Source of the DNA: Macrostomum hystrix
Taxonomy: Eukaryota > Animalia > Platyhelminthes
Length of the DNA stretch: 64,000 nt
Assembly: GCA_950097015.1 (NCBI GenBank)
Contig: CATNEN010000012.1
Coordinates: forward strand, 2,046,001 to 2,110,000
Direction of reading: 5' to 3'
The notes under the pieces were generated by a model, which searched no databases, was not told the DNA's origin, and was given only the letters and a program-made list of their open reading frames with translations. Shown piece after piece: positions 1-10,481 of this stretch (position 1 is its first letter; the number at the start of each line of letters is the position of its first letter). The position numbers were made by a program, and so were the translations under genes.

Positions 1-600
1 TGAGTTCTCACAACTCTGAGTATCTGATTTGAGTTCTCACACATCTGAGTATCTGATTTGAGTTCTCACAACTCTGAGTATCTGATTTGAGTTCTCACAC
101 ATCTGAGTATCTGATTTGAGTGCTCACAACTCTGAGTGTCTGATTTGAGTTCTCACACAAATTCTGAGTGTCTGATTTGAGTTCTCACACATCTGAGTAT
201 CTGATTTGAGTTCTCACAACTCTGAGTATCTGATTTGAGTTCTCACACATCTGAGTATCTGATTTGAGTGCTCACAACTCTGAGTGTCTGATTTGAGTTC
301 TCACACAAATTCTGAGTGTCTGATTTGAGTTCTCACACATCTGAGTATCTGATTTGAGTTCTCACAACTCTGAGTATCTGATTTGAGTTCTCACAACTCT
401 GAGTATCTGATTTGAGTTCTCACAACTCTGAGTATCTGATTTGAGTTCTCACAACTCTGAGTATCTGGTTTAAGTTCTCACAACTCTGAGTGTCTGATTT
501 GAGTTCTCACAACTCGTCTCAGATTTAAGCTCTCACACCTCAACTATAGAATCAGATTTAAGTACTCACACCCATACTAGAGAATCTGATTTGAGTACTG
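1..600. repeat. 29-bp minisatellite (TGAGTTCTCACAACTCTGAGTATCTGATT) in SDA1 intron 6
   Basis: About 20 copies with recurring variants; degenerates near 540-600. Confidence 0.95.
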
Positions 601-654
601 ACATCTCTGCTAAAGAAGAGGCACATAAATTATTCAAATGCTAGATAGACTCAC

Positions 655-1122
655 CTGCGCGGCATTAGGCCTACCCCGGTCGCGTTTATGCAGCAAAGCC
701 GGATTGGCCTCTCTAAACAGCTGCACCAGACTCTTAGCCGCGCTGGTGACATTCTTATCCCTATAGGAGCGGTACTGAACCAGGTCGCCCAGCAGTTCCT
801 CGGTCACAGCGTAGGGCGCCCTGGCGCAGATTTCCCTGATAGAATTCAGGCCCACAGCGATGGCCTCGGCGCTAGCCCGGTCGGTGACAAAATTGTCGGC
901 TATTGTGCGCACCAGCGGCTCCAAGCAGTCGGGCGGAGCCAAACTATGCGACGCCTGGGCTGCGAATAGCAACAGGCGAGTGACCTCCGGTTGCCTTGGC
1001 GACAGATAACGCTGCAGCAACGGATAGAGGCCAAGCACCTGAAGTTTGTGCACGCCAACTAGGCGCGAGCACAGGTCCAGCATTAGCAGGCGTATTTCGA
1101 ATGGCTCACTGGTGGTTTCAAC
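655..1122 (-). CDS. SDAD1: SDA1 coding exon 6
   Basis: 468 nt; CTCAG acceptor and GTGAGT donor; extends ORF 634..1083 upstream. Confidence 0.92.
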
Positions 1123-4100
1123 CTGAGCAATTTCGGTGAGGTTGGGGGATTAAAATAAAAATAAACTAGTTTACGAATAAAAAACTTATGGTGCCACTCA
1201 AAGTAGCGTATATAGGACAGCATCACCAACAATCGAATTATTAATATAAATATATCAAGTATCTTCCCTTTACTGCCGCTATTAGTAGAGTAGGTAGGTC
1301 GGACCTTCAAGGGCTACAATAGCTGGAAATAGGCCACTATGGACATCCTGACGCGAATTTCTCCTATTTCACTAGGACACCATCGCCTAGTCTGTCAACC
1401 AATCAGTCTCCACCCAACGCTGTTAGCATTCGGGCGCTGCCAAAAATGTTCAGGGCCCCCACTATGTATAGAAACTGGCTGCAAAATGGCTTGGTAGTCC
1501 AACTGTTAATGTTGTCCCATCAATTGAATTTGGTTTCCTTGTCCAATTACCTTGTTATATTTTCCCTATGCTTTGAAACACCCATTTTTATCCCATAGTT
1601 TGAAGCCAGTGAACTCAAGCCACTCCAATATGATCTTCAATGAAGAAATCAATCTCACCTGTTTCAGCAGTCGTTCAGCGAAAGTCTGCGGATCGTGCAG
1701 CAAGTGCAGCGCGGCAGTGTCGAAGGCATCGACACGGCGCTTCTTTTTCTTGTGCTTCTTCAGGGCCTGCAATTGTCGCTCCAGCCTCTTCTTGCGCTTG
1801 TTAGTCTTCGGGCCGACTCGGTGGGCCAGCATGGCGCTCTTCGACTCGCGCTTGTAGGTCTCGTCGTCGATGTCAGAGTCGTCATCCGAGCTGTCCTTGT
1901 CGCCACCACCTTCGCCGGTAGCGGATGAGCAGAAGAATCTCAGGCCGGTGACAAGAATTTTAGTAACCTTCGAGAAGCAGCACATGCCGATGAAGTTAAC
2001 AGTTTTTGTGTCACGCCAAACGCCGCGTCGATAAAGTTCGACCATGATTTCGGCGCACTTTTTCGACGCGATGCTGTCCTCTTGGATCACGGTTAGCATG
2101 TGATTCTGTAGGCTCTGCAATGGCACATAGACTTGTTTGGTCTAGAACATTCTGCAATGCTTCAGTTCATCCAAACTGAACATTCTGCAATGCTTCAGTT
2201 CATCCAAACTGAACATTCTGCAATGCTTCAGTTCATCCAAACTGAACATTCTGCAATGCTTCAGTTCATCCAAACTGAACATTCTGCAATGCTTCAGTTC
2301 ATCCAAACTGAACATTCTGCAATGCTTCAGTTCATCCAAACTGAACATTCTGCAATGCTTCAGTTCATCCAAACTGAACATTCTGCAATGCTTCAGTTCA
2401 TCCAAACTGAACATTCTGCAATGCTTCAGTTCATCCAAACTGAACATTCTCCAATGCTTCAGTTCATCCAAACTGAACATTCTGCAATGCTTCAGTTCAT
2501 CCAAACTGAACATTCTCCTTTGCCTCAGTTCATCCAAACTGAACATTCTGCAATGCTTCAGTTCATCCAAACTGAACATTCTGCAATGCTTCAGTTCATC
2601 CAAACTGAACATTCTGCAATGCTTCAGTTCATCCAAACTGAACATTCTCCAATGCTTCAGTTCATCCAAACTGAACATTCTGCAATGCTTCAGTTCATCC
2701 AAACTGAACATTCTCCAATGCTTCAGTTCATCCAAACTGAACATTCTCCAATGCTTCAGTTCATCCAAACTGAACATTCTGCAATGCTTCAGTTCATCCA
2801 AACTGAACATTCTCCAATGCTTCAGTTCATCCAAACTGAACATTCTGCAATGCTTCAGTTCATCCAAACTGAACATTCTCCTTTGCCTCAGTTCATCCAA
2901 ACTGAACATTCTGCAATGCTTCAGTTCATCCAAACTGAACATTCTGCAATGCTTCAGTTCATCCAAACTGAACATTCTGCAATGCTTCAGTTCATCCAAA
3001 CTGAACATTCTGCAATGCTTCAGTTCATCCAAACTGAACATTCTGCAATGCTTCAGTTCATCCAAACTGAACATTCTGCAATGCTTCAGTTCATCCAAAC
3101 TGAACATTCTCCAATGCTTCAGTTCATCCAAACTGAACATTCTGCAATGCTTCAGTTCATCCAAACTGAACATTCTGCAATGCTTCAGTTCATCCAAACT
3201 GAACATTCTGCAATGCTTCAGTTCATCCAAACTGAACATTCTGCAATGCTTCAGTTCATCCAAACTGAACATTCTGCAATGCTTCAGTTCATCCAAACTG
3301 AACATTCTGCAATGCTTCAGTTCATCCAAACTGAACATTCTCCAATGCTTCAGTTCATCCAAACTGAACATTCTCCAATGCTTCAGTTCATCCAAACTGA
3401 ACATTCTGCAATGCTTCAGTTCATCCAAACTGAACATTCTCCTTTGCCTCAGTTCATCCAAACTGAACATTCTGCAATGCTTCAGTTCATCCAAACTGAA
3501 CATTCTGCAATGCTTCAGTTCATCCAAACTGAACATTCTGCAATGCTTCAGTTCATCCAAACTGAACATTCTCCAATGCTTCAGTTCATCCAAACTGAAC
3601 ATTCTCCAATGCTTCAGTTCATCCAAACTGAACATTCTCCAATGCTTCAGTTCATCCAAACTGAACATTCTCCTTTGCCTCAGTTCATCCAAACTGAACA
3701 TTCTGCTTTGCCTCAGTTCATCCAAACTGAACATTCTCCTTTGCCTCAGTTCATCCAAACTGAACATTCTCCTTTGCCTCAGTTCATCCAAACTGAACAT
3801 TCTCCTTTGCCTCAGTTCATCCAAACTGAACATTCTCCTTTGCCTCAGTTCATCCAAACTGAACATTCTGCAATGCTTCAGTTCATCCAAACTGAACATT
3901 CTCCAATGCTTCAGTTCATCCAAACTGAACATTCTCCTTTGCCTCAGTTCATCCAAACTGAACATTCTCCTTTGCCTCAGTTCATCCAAACTGAACATTC
4001 TCCAATGCTTCAGTTCATCCAAACTGAACATTCTCCTTTGCCTCAGTTCATCCAAACTGAACATTCTCCTTTGCCTCAGTTCATCCAAACTGAACATTCT

Positions 4101-7100
4101 CCAATGCTTCAGTTCATCCAAACTGAACATTCTCCTTTGCCTCAGTTCATCCAAACTGAACATTCTCCTTTGCCTCAGTTCATCCAAACTGAACATTCTC
4201 CTTTGCCTCAGTTCATCCAAACTGAACATTCTCCTTTGCCTCAGTTCATCCAAACTGAACATTCTCCTTTGCCTCAGTTCATCCAAACTGAACATTCTGC
4301 TTTGCCTCAGTTCATCCAAACTGAACATTCTCCTTTGCCTCAGTTCATCCAAACTGAACATTCTCCTTTGCCTCAGTTCATCCAAACTGAACATTCTCCT
4401 TTGCCTCAGTTCATCCAAACTGAACATTCTCCAATGCTTCAGTTCATCCAAACTGAACATTCTGCAATGCTTCAGTTCATCCAAACTGAACATTCTCCAA
4501 TGCTTCAGTTCATCCAAACTGAACATTCTGCAATGCTTCAGTTCATCCAAACTGAACATTCTGCAATGCTTCAGTTCATCCAAACTGAACATTCTGCAAT
4601 GCTTCAGTTCATCCAAACTGAACATTCTGCAATGCTTCAGTTCATCCAAACTGAACATTCTGCAATGCTTCAGTTCATCCAAACTGAACATTCTGCAATG
4701 CTTCAGTTCATCCAAACTGAACATTCTCCAATGCTTCAGTTCATCCAAACTGAACATTCTCCAATGCTTCAGTTCATCCAAACTGAACATTCTGCAATGC
4801 TTCAGTTCATCCAAACTGAACATTCTCCTTTGCCTCAGTTCATCCAAACTGAACATTCTGCAATGCTTCAGTTCATCCAAACTGAACATTCTGCAATGCT
4901 TCAGTTCATCCAAACTGAACATTCTGCAATGCTTCAGTTCATCCAAACTGAACATTCTCCAATGCTTCAGTTCATCCAAACTGAACATTCTGCAATGCTT
5001 CAGTTCATCCAAACTGAACATTCTGCAATGCTTCAGTTCATCCAAACTGAACATTCTCCAATGCTTCAGTTCATCCAAACTGAACATTCTCCTTTGCCTC
5101 AGTTCATCCAAACTGAACATTCTCCAATGCTTCAGTTCATCCAAACTGAACATTCTCCTTTGCCTCAGTTCATCCAAACTGAACATTCTCCTTTGCCTCA
5201 GTTCATCCAAACTGAACATTCTCCTTTGCCTCAGTTCATCCAAACTGAACATTCTCCAATGCTTCAGTTCATCCAAACTGAACATTCTCCTTTGCCTCAG
5301 TTCATCCAAACTGAACATTCTCCTTTGCCTCAGTTCATCCAAACTGAACATTCTCCTTTGCCTCAGTTCATCCAAACTGAACATTCTCCTTTGCCTCAGT
5401 TCATCCAAACTGAACATTCTCCTTTGCCTCAGTTCATCCAAACTGAACATTCTGCTTTGCCTCAGTTCATCCAAACTGAACATTCTCCTTTGCCTCAGTT
5501 CATCCAAACTGAACATTCTCCTTTGCCTCAGTTCATCCAAACTGAACATTCTCCTTTGCCTCAGTTCATCCAAACTGAACATTCTCCTTTGCCTCAGTTC
5601 ATCCAAACTGAACATTCTGCTTTGCCTCAGTTCATCCAAACTGAACATTGTCCTTTGCCTCAGTTCATGCAAAGATCTAAATTACACAAATCAAACTAAT
5701 TCTCTAGACAATTGTGACTTAACAAACCTATACTTTGATTTAGAGGGCTTCATGATAGAAATCTGATAGGGCTAATGCGTACAAGCTCGTAGCTGTGATG
5801 TGGCCTATAATTTAGACACGTATGCTCTTTTCACATTGGTTGCATGTATGCCTAAGCAAGCGAAAACTAGGACAGAAAAATAAAAAGCCAAAATTACTGT
5901 CAGCACAGCTTAGAACATTAGTCAAGCAAATAAAAAAATCAATATATACGTTAAAATAATAAAGATAAAGAAATAACACCAAAATCCAGTTCAACCATAT
6001 GTACAGCCTGAGTCACAGCGGCATCATTTTGCCAAAACATACACTACATAATTCGGAAAATTTTAATAGTGCTTTCAGAAGACTCACCGAATTAAGTTTG
6101 GCATTTTTATGCTTGGCGTTGACATTTTTAACGTCTTGCACAATGTAGCCGGAGAGTGTCCGACGAAGCAGCTTGTCGGGACATTTGAATAGGCGACAAA
6201 ATAGTTGCATAATGTCCAGAGGAGACACTATGCTCTTGTTGCGCATCAGAATTAGGGCCTTGCAGAATGCCTTTGACAATTTGAGGATTAAATTACAATA
6301 CAAACATAGGACAGTAAGGGCTAATGGTTAACCTAATAAACTGGTAAACACAAATTACACAGAGAATGTGAATGAGTGACACAAATTACACAGAGAATGT
6401 GAATGAGTGACACATTTGACACAGAGAATGTGAATGGATGACACATTTTACACAGAGAATGTGAATGGATGACACGTTTTACACAGAGAATGTGAATGGG
6501 TGACACATTTTACACAGATAATGTGAATGAATGACACATTTTACACACAGAATGTGAATGAGTGACACAAATTACACACTGAATGTGAATGGGTGACACA
6601 TTTTACACAGAGAATGTGAATGAATGACACAAATTACACACAGAATGTGAATGAGTGACACAAATTACACACTGAATGTGAATGGGTGACACATTTTACA
6701 CAGAGAATGTGAATGAATGACACAAATTACACACAGAATGTGAATGGGTGACACAAATTACACACAGAATGTGAATGGGTGAAACAAATAACGCAGAGAC
6801 GTGCAATGACTGATAAAACAGCAACTCACCATTCTCATTTCTGAGTCCATAAGGCTGCCACTTTGTTTTAGCAGCGACATCAGCATCGGCGGAAAATCAG
6901 TCAACTTGTCACGATAACAATGCGACACCTAGGCAAGCAGGTAAATAGTATGCAGTCAATTCAACAATGGATTGAAATCATTGAATTGAAGCTAATTCAG
7001 AATTAAATTAAGCTTATAAATTGTGCCATATAATAACTTTTTCTTACTTGAGATATAAACATGATCTGTTCGGCCAATTCGCGATCATACTTTGTTGGCG

Positions 7101-9125
7101 AAATTTTAAAGGCATCGAATAGGCTTTTGAAGAAATCATATGCTGTCTCGAACTAAAATAAAGGAACAATAAAGGTCAAATTAGAAGTCAATATTTTACC
7201 GCTGTAATAAATGAGACTAAGCTAATATTTACTATGATGATAGCAAAAATACTTATTTGTCTCTCTTCTCTTTATCTTTAAGGAAAGGAAACAAGAAGCT
7301 TGACAATGGTATTAAAGTCAACTAGTTTCTGTGGACAGCTTTTCAGTCTGTGGACTGGGGGCAGCCAAAACTGCTCAAAATTCTTTCTTAGGAGCACCAT
7401 TTTAATGCTCTTTCTCTGCTACATATCTTTACTTAAAAAGAGCATGGCATATAAAAAGTTGGTTAATTTTTTCTTGACATTATAAAATCCTTTACTCAAG
7501 ATAAACACTTATTGCTTTTAAAACAATGTCTAACATTTTTATATTAGTGGCTTTTTTATTTCTAGTTTGTTTAACCACTAAACACAATGGAATCCTGTAA
7601 AATATGCATTATCCCAAAACTAACTTTTTAAAATAAAAAACATTGATGTTTGAGCAAAGATTACAGATTAAAGAATTAAGTTCAAAAATATTTTTAAAGT
7701 TATAATTAATAATTGACATGAATGGTAGGCCTATTACCACATTCAAAGTTTACCTAAGCCATTATTAGCAATTAATAACAGGCTATTTTAGGACATAGTA
7801 GAGCATTGCTAAAAGGCCTTTAAAAATTCCAGAATTTTTAGCTTCCTGTGTCAACTTATTTTTTTATGCTTCTGTACATTTAGAGCCTATCCTAAGTAGC
7901 TTATTTTAGCTGCTTAATGTCATATACAAAAAAGAAGCAAGGCTTAAATATATATTGTAAGTACAAAAAAGTAATACAAATAAAATGTATATATATTAAC
8001 TTATAGACAATTATATATTGATACAATACCAAATTCATATGGGTATGCAAAAATATTATGAAACAGTTTCCTTGATACAATAAAAAAATGGGATACTTTT
8101 ATATCTACTTTGTATATATATGATCTATATATTTTCAGTATCTACTTGGAATGTTTGTGATCAAACAAAATCACACAATTGGACAACATAGCTAAATTTA
8201 TCACTTATTATAGCTAAAGAATCTAAACATACCAATATTTTTCAGAATAAAATGTATTACACCCAAGACCTACAAATACTCCTGTATATAATTTGCTAAG
8301 AATATAATACAGAAAAAAGTAAATATTCATACCGTGCTTTCTCTATTTGTATGGTGTGTATAATCAAATGTATCTTAGTGTCTTTACTAAAATATAAAAA
8401 CATAAGTGAAACTAATAAAATAGATAAATAAATTGTATATTAGATTACTCTGCTACTGAATATTACTTAAATACTGCATAATCATTTCAAACCCCAACTC
8501 TGAACACTAATGGGCTAAGCTGGTATAAATACACTTAGTCGTAATTAGCTGCCAATTAGACATTTAAATTAGACAATTTAATAGACAATTAGACAGGCTA
8601 CCTTATTTGACTGAGCTTTAAATGGTGACTCAATTTCATTCAAATTTATTTGTAAGTGGCCACAGAAACATGCAAAAAGGATACCAGAATTTTAGAATTT
8701 GTAACTTTGGTTTATGAATTTATAGTTGGCATAACTCAAACAAAAAAGCCACACATGAGAATCACAAATGTTTGTGTCTCTAAAAGATTTCCTTCTGTAC
8801 ATAAAAGCATTTTATGACTATTAGGAAGTATTAAAAGTAGTCAAAAGTATTCAAATCCGTCTAAACGTCACGATTTACAATTATTAATCAATGAAGCGCA
8901 GGGATGCAGGAAATTAGATTTTTCTGTTAGAAAAACAGTAGCATCACTAAAATTCTGAAACAAAATACAAATTTTCATGAATATCAAGCTATATGGCTAA
9001 ATATAAGCACGTTAACTAAATTTGTTACATGATTTTTTGCTGAATTAACTTACTTCTTGAACATATGATTGTGGATCACGTTTGACAAGATTTTGAAGAT
9101 TAAGTAAGTTTTTTTGCTTCTGCAT
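655..9125 (-). CDS. SDAD1: SDA1/SDAD1 homolog (60S ribosome biogenesis), 5' part; exons (minus) 9125-9054, 7152-7048, 6928-6830, 6270-6088, 2114-1659, 1122-655; gene continues beyond window start
   Basis: Manual splicing gives a continuous 461-aa frame with all GT-AG phase-0 junctions: MQKQKNLLNLQNLVKRDPQSYVQE|FETAY...IMFISQ|VSHCY...SEMRM|AFCKALILMRNK...KLNS|SLQNHM...MVELYRRGVWRDTKTVN...HDPQTFAERLLKQ|VETTSEPFEIRLLMLDLCSRLVGVH...NFVTDR...GRPNAAQ. These match SDA1-family motifs as I recall them (LQNLIKRDP, FCKALILLRNK, ELYRRNIWND, HDPQ.FAE, NFVT). Confidence 0.95.
1659..2114 (-). CDS. SDAD1: SDA1 coding exon 5
   Basis: 456 nt within ORF 1566..2126; CATTGCAG acceptor and GTGAGA donor; acidic stretch followed by a basic NLS-like KKHKKKKRR. 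Confidence 0.93.
2145..5668. repeat. 33-bp satellite (GAACATTCTGCAATGCTTCAGTTCATCCAAACT), about 107 copies, in SDA1 intron 4
   Basis: Exact 33-bp period with four variant classes; source of the 1188-aa and 1176-aa ORFs. Confidence 0.99.
6088..6270 (-). CDS. SDAD1: SDA1 coding exon 4
   Basis: 183 nt within ORF 6013..6303; AAG acceptor and GTGAGT donor. Confidence 0.9.
6345..6795. repeat. 31-33-bp minisatellite (GACACAAATTACACAGAGAATGTGAATGAGT) in SDA1 intron 3
   Basis: About 14 imperfect copies. Confidence 0.93.
6830..6928 (-). CDS. SDAD1: SDA1 coding exon 3
   Basis: 99 nt, CTAG acceptor and GTGAGT donor; VSHCYRDKLTDFP...MDSEMRM. Confidence 0.88.
7048..7152 (-). CDS. SDAD1: SDA1 coding exon 2
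   Basis: 105 nt, TTTTAG acceptor and GTAAGA donor; FETAYDFF...ELAEQIMFISQ. Confidence 0.88.
9054..9125 (-). CDS. SDAD1: SDA1 coding exon 1
   Basis: 72 nt, MQKQKNLLNLQNLVKRDPQSYVQE, followed by GTAAGT donor. Confidence 0.9.
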
Positions 9126-10481
9126 TTATTTAATCAGATCAGATTTTTGGTTTTAACAAAGTGAAAATACTATGGCTTTCCCACAAAATTCGTAAGATTT
9201 AAACAAACAATAAGCAACAGTGGGCTTCGCAAGGAAACCAATTCTTTGAATGCTCAGGTGCAAAATTTACAGGAAATCATTTTCGATACTTAAGATATCT
9301 TAAAGTAAACATTTTTTATCGTAAACATACTTGTTAACTATTCATAAAGAAGAATACAAAAATGATATTTATTTACCGTGGTAATGAAACTACATTGTTA
9401 TATCGCTCAATTTTGCGAAAAACTTGTCTTTACAAAAGAATATTTTTAATAAATTCGATTAAGAATATTAAAAGAGTAACTTTTATTTGTCTAAAAAAGT
9501 TTTCTGCATTATTTGTTGTCGTTGACAGGTAAGCATTTGTTTTACTTTGTCGTTAATGTAAATGCTTCATTTCAATCTTAGCATATTTCAAGCAACTTTA
9601 AAAGCTAAGCGCCGCTTTATAGCGATACTTTATATTAACCCACAAGCGAGTGATTTATGCAATATATTTGTAAATATTGAAAGTTTAGTTTGATATATGC
9701 TTCTATTTTGTCAGTTTGTGTAATATTTTGTTTTGTTCCGCCCATAATAGGGTCATATATAAATATTGCTTTTTACCTTTTGACTTTAAGGACGCTTTAT
9801 GCTACGGCGTTACGCATGATTTTATGATATCGTATGTATATTTTGTATGATATGAAAATTAACAAGAAATTATTATTTTGAGAATTAAGTATTCGATGGG
9901 AGGTTGCAGTTTGATATTGACGGTAAATTTTCAGCATAATGTAATAGCTTTTAGTGTTTTAATCAAGGATTGATCTGAGTAAAAAAGTTACTTCTAGATA
10001 ACTTTTCTAGTCAACAAACTCTGATTAATTTAGTTAGTTAGCTATGAAGTCATTCGAAACATTAATTTGTCACTTAAACGTTTTAATCCAGTCATTAGTC
10101 ATTCTTTACTGATTTGGTAAGTTTAGTTTAGTAAACTAGCCTAATTACTAATACTATTTTTACTTTTGGCTATCAGTGAAAATCAATCACTACAAAGCTT
10201 CATAGCATTGCTGCTGTACAGGCTTTTTGTATGTATTATCATGCTACAGAAGGCAAAAAATATTGAGATTGTAGGAATGAACTCCAATTACGTAAGAAAC
10301 AATCATTCCAAAGAATTAAACCATTTTGTCAGATTTTTTTATCTACCACTTGTTAGCCAACTTATAAGTGTTTAGGTAAGTGTTAAAGTGTTCGGCAGGT
10401 TTTTAATTTTCAGCTACTGATGATGCCTTACTACTAGCTAACCGCCAGTCAATGTTAATAATCTATCACGTCTAAGCAAAA
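9126..10481. promoter_or_regulatory. AT-rich spacer between divergent SDA1 and LRRIQ1-like start codons (probable shared promoter and 5' UTR region)
   Basis: Position only: 1356 bp between the two divergent ATGs; no specific motif identified. Confidence 0.5.

Noticed and set aside
2145-5668. CRISPR-like look (constant palindromic repeat plus variable segment)
   Set aside because: The variable part is only 9 nt with four alleles, there are no unique spacers or cas genes, and the context is a eukaryotic intron.
2133-5699. 1188-aa (+) and 1176-aa (-) ORFs
   Set aside because: Both come from a stop-free 33-bp (3n) satellite lying wholly inside a well-defined SDA1 intron. The minus ORF ends in TAG before the next exon and is out of frame with the upstream exon.
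1123-9053. Intronic snoRNAs in SDA1 (ribosome-biogenesis genes often host them)
   Set aside because: No convincing paired C/D boxes with a terminal stem, or H/ACA structure, found on the sense strand by eye; snoscan or Infernal would be needed.
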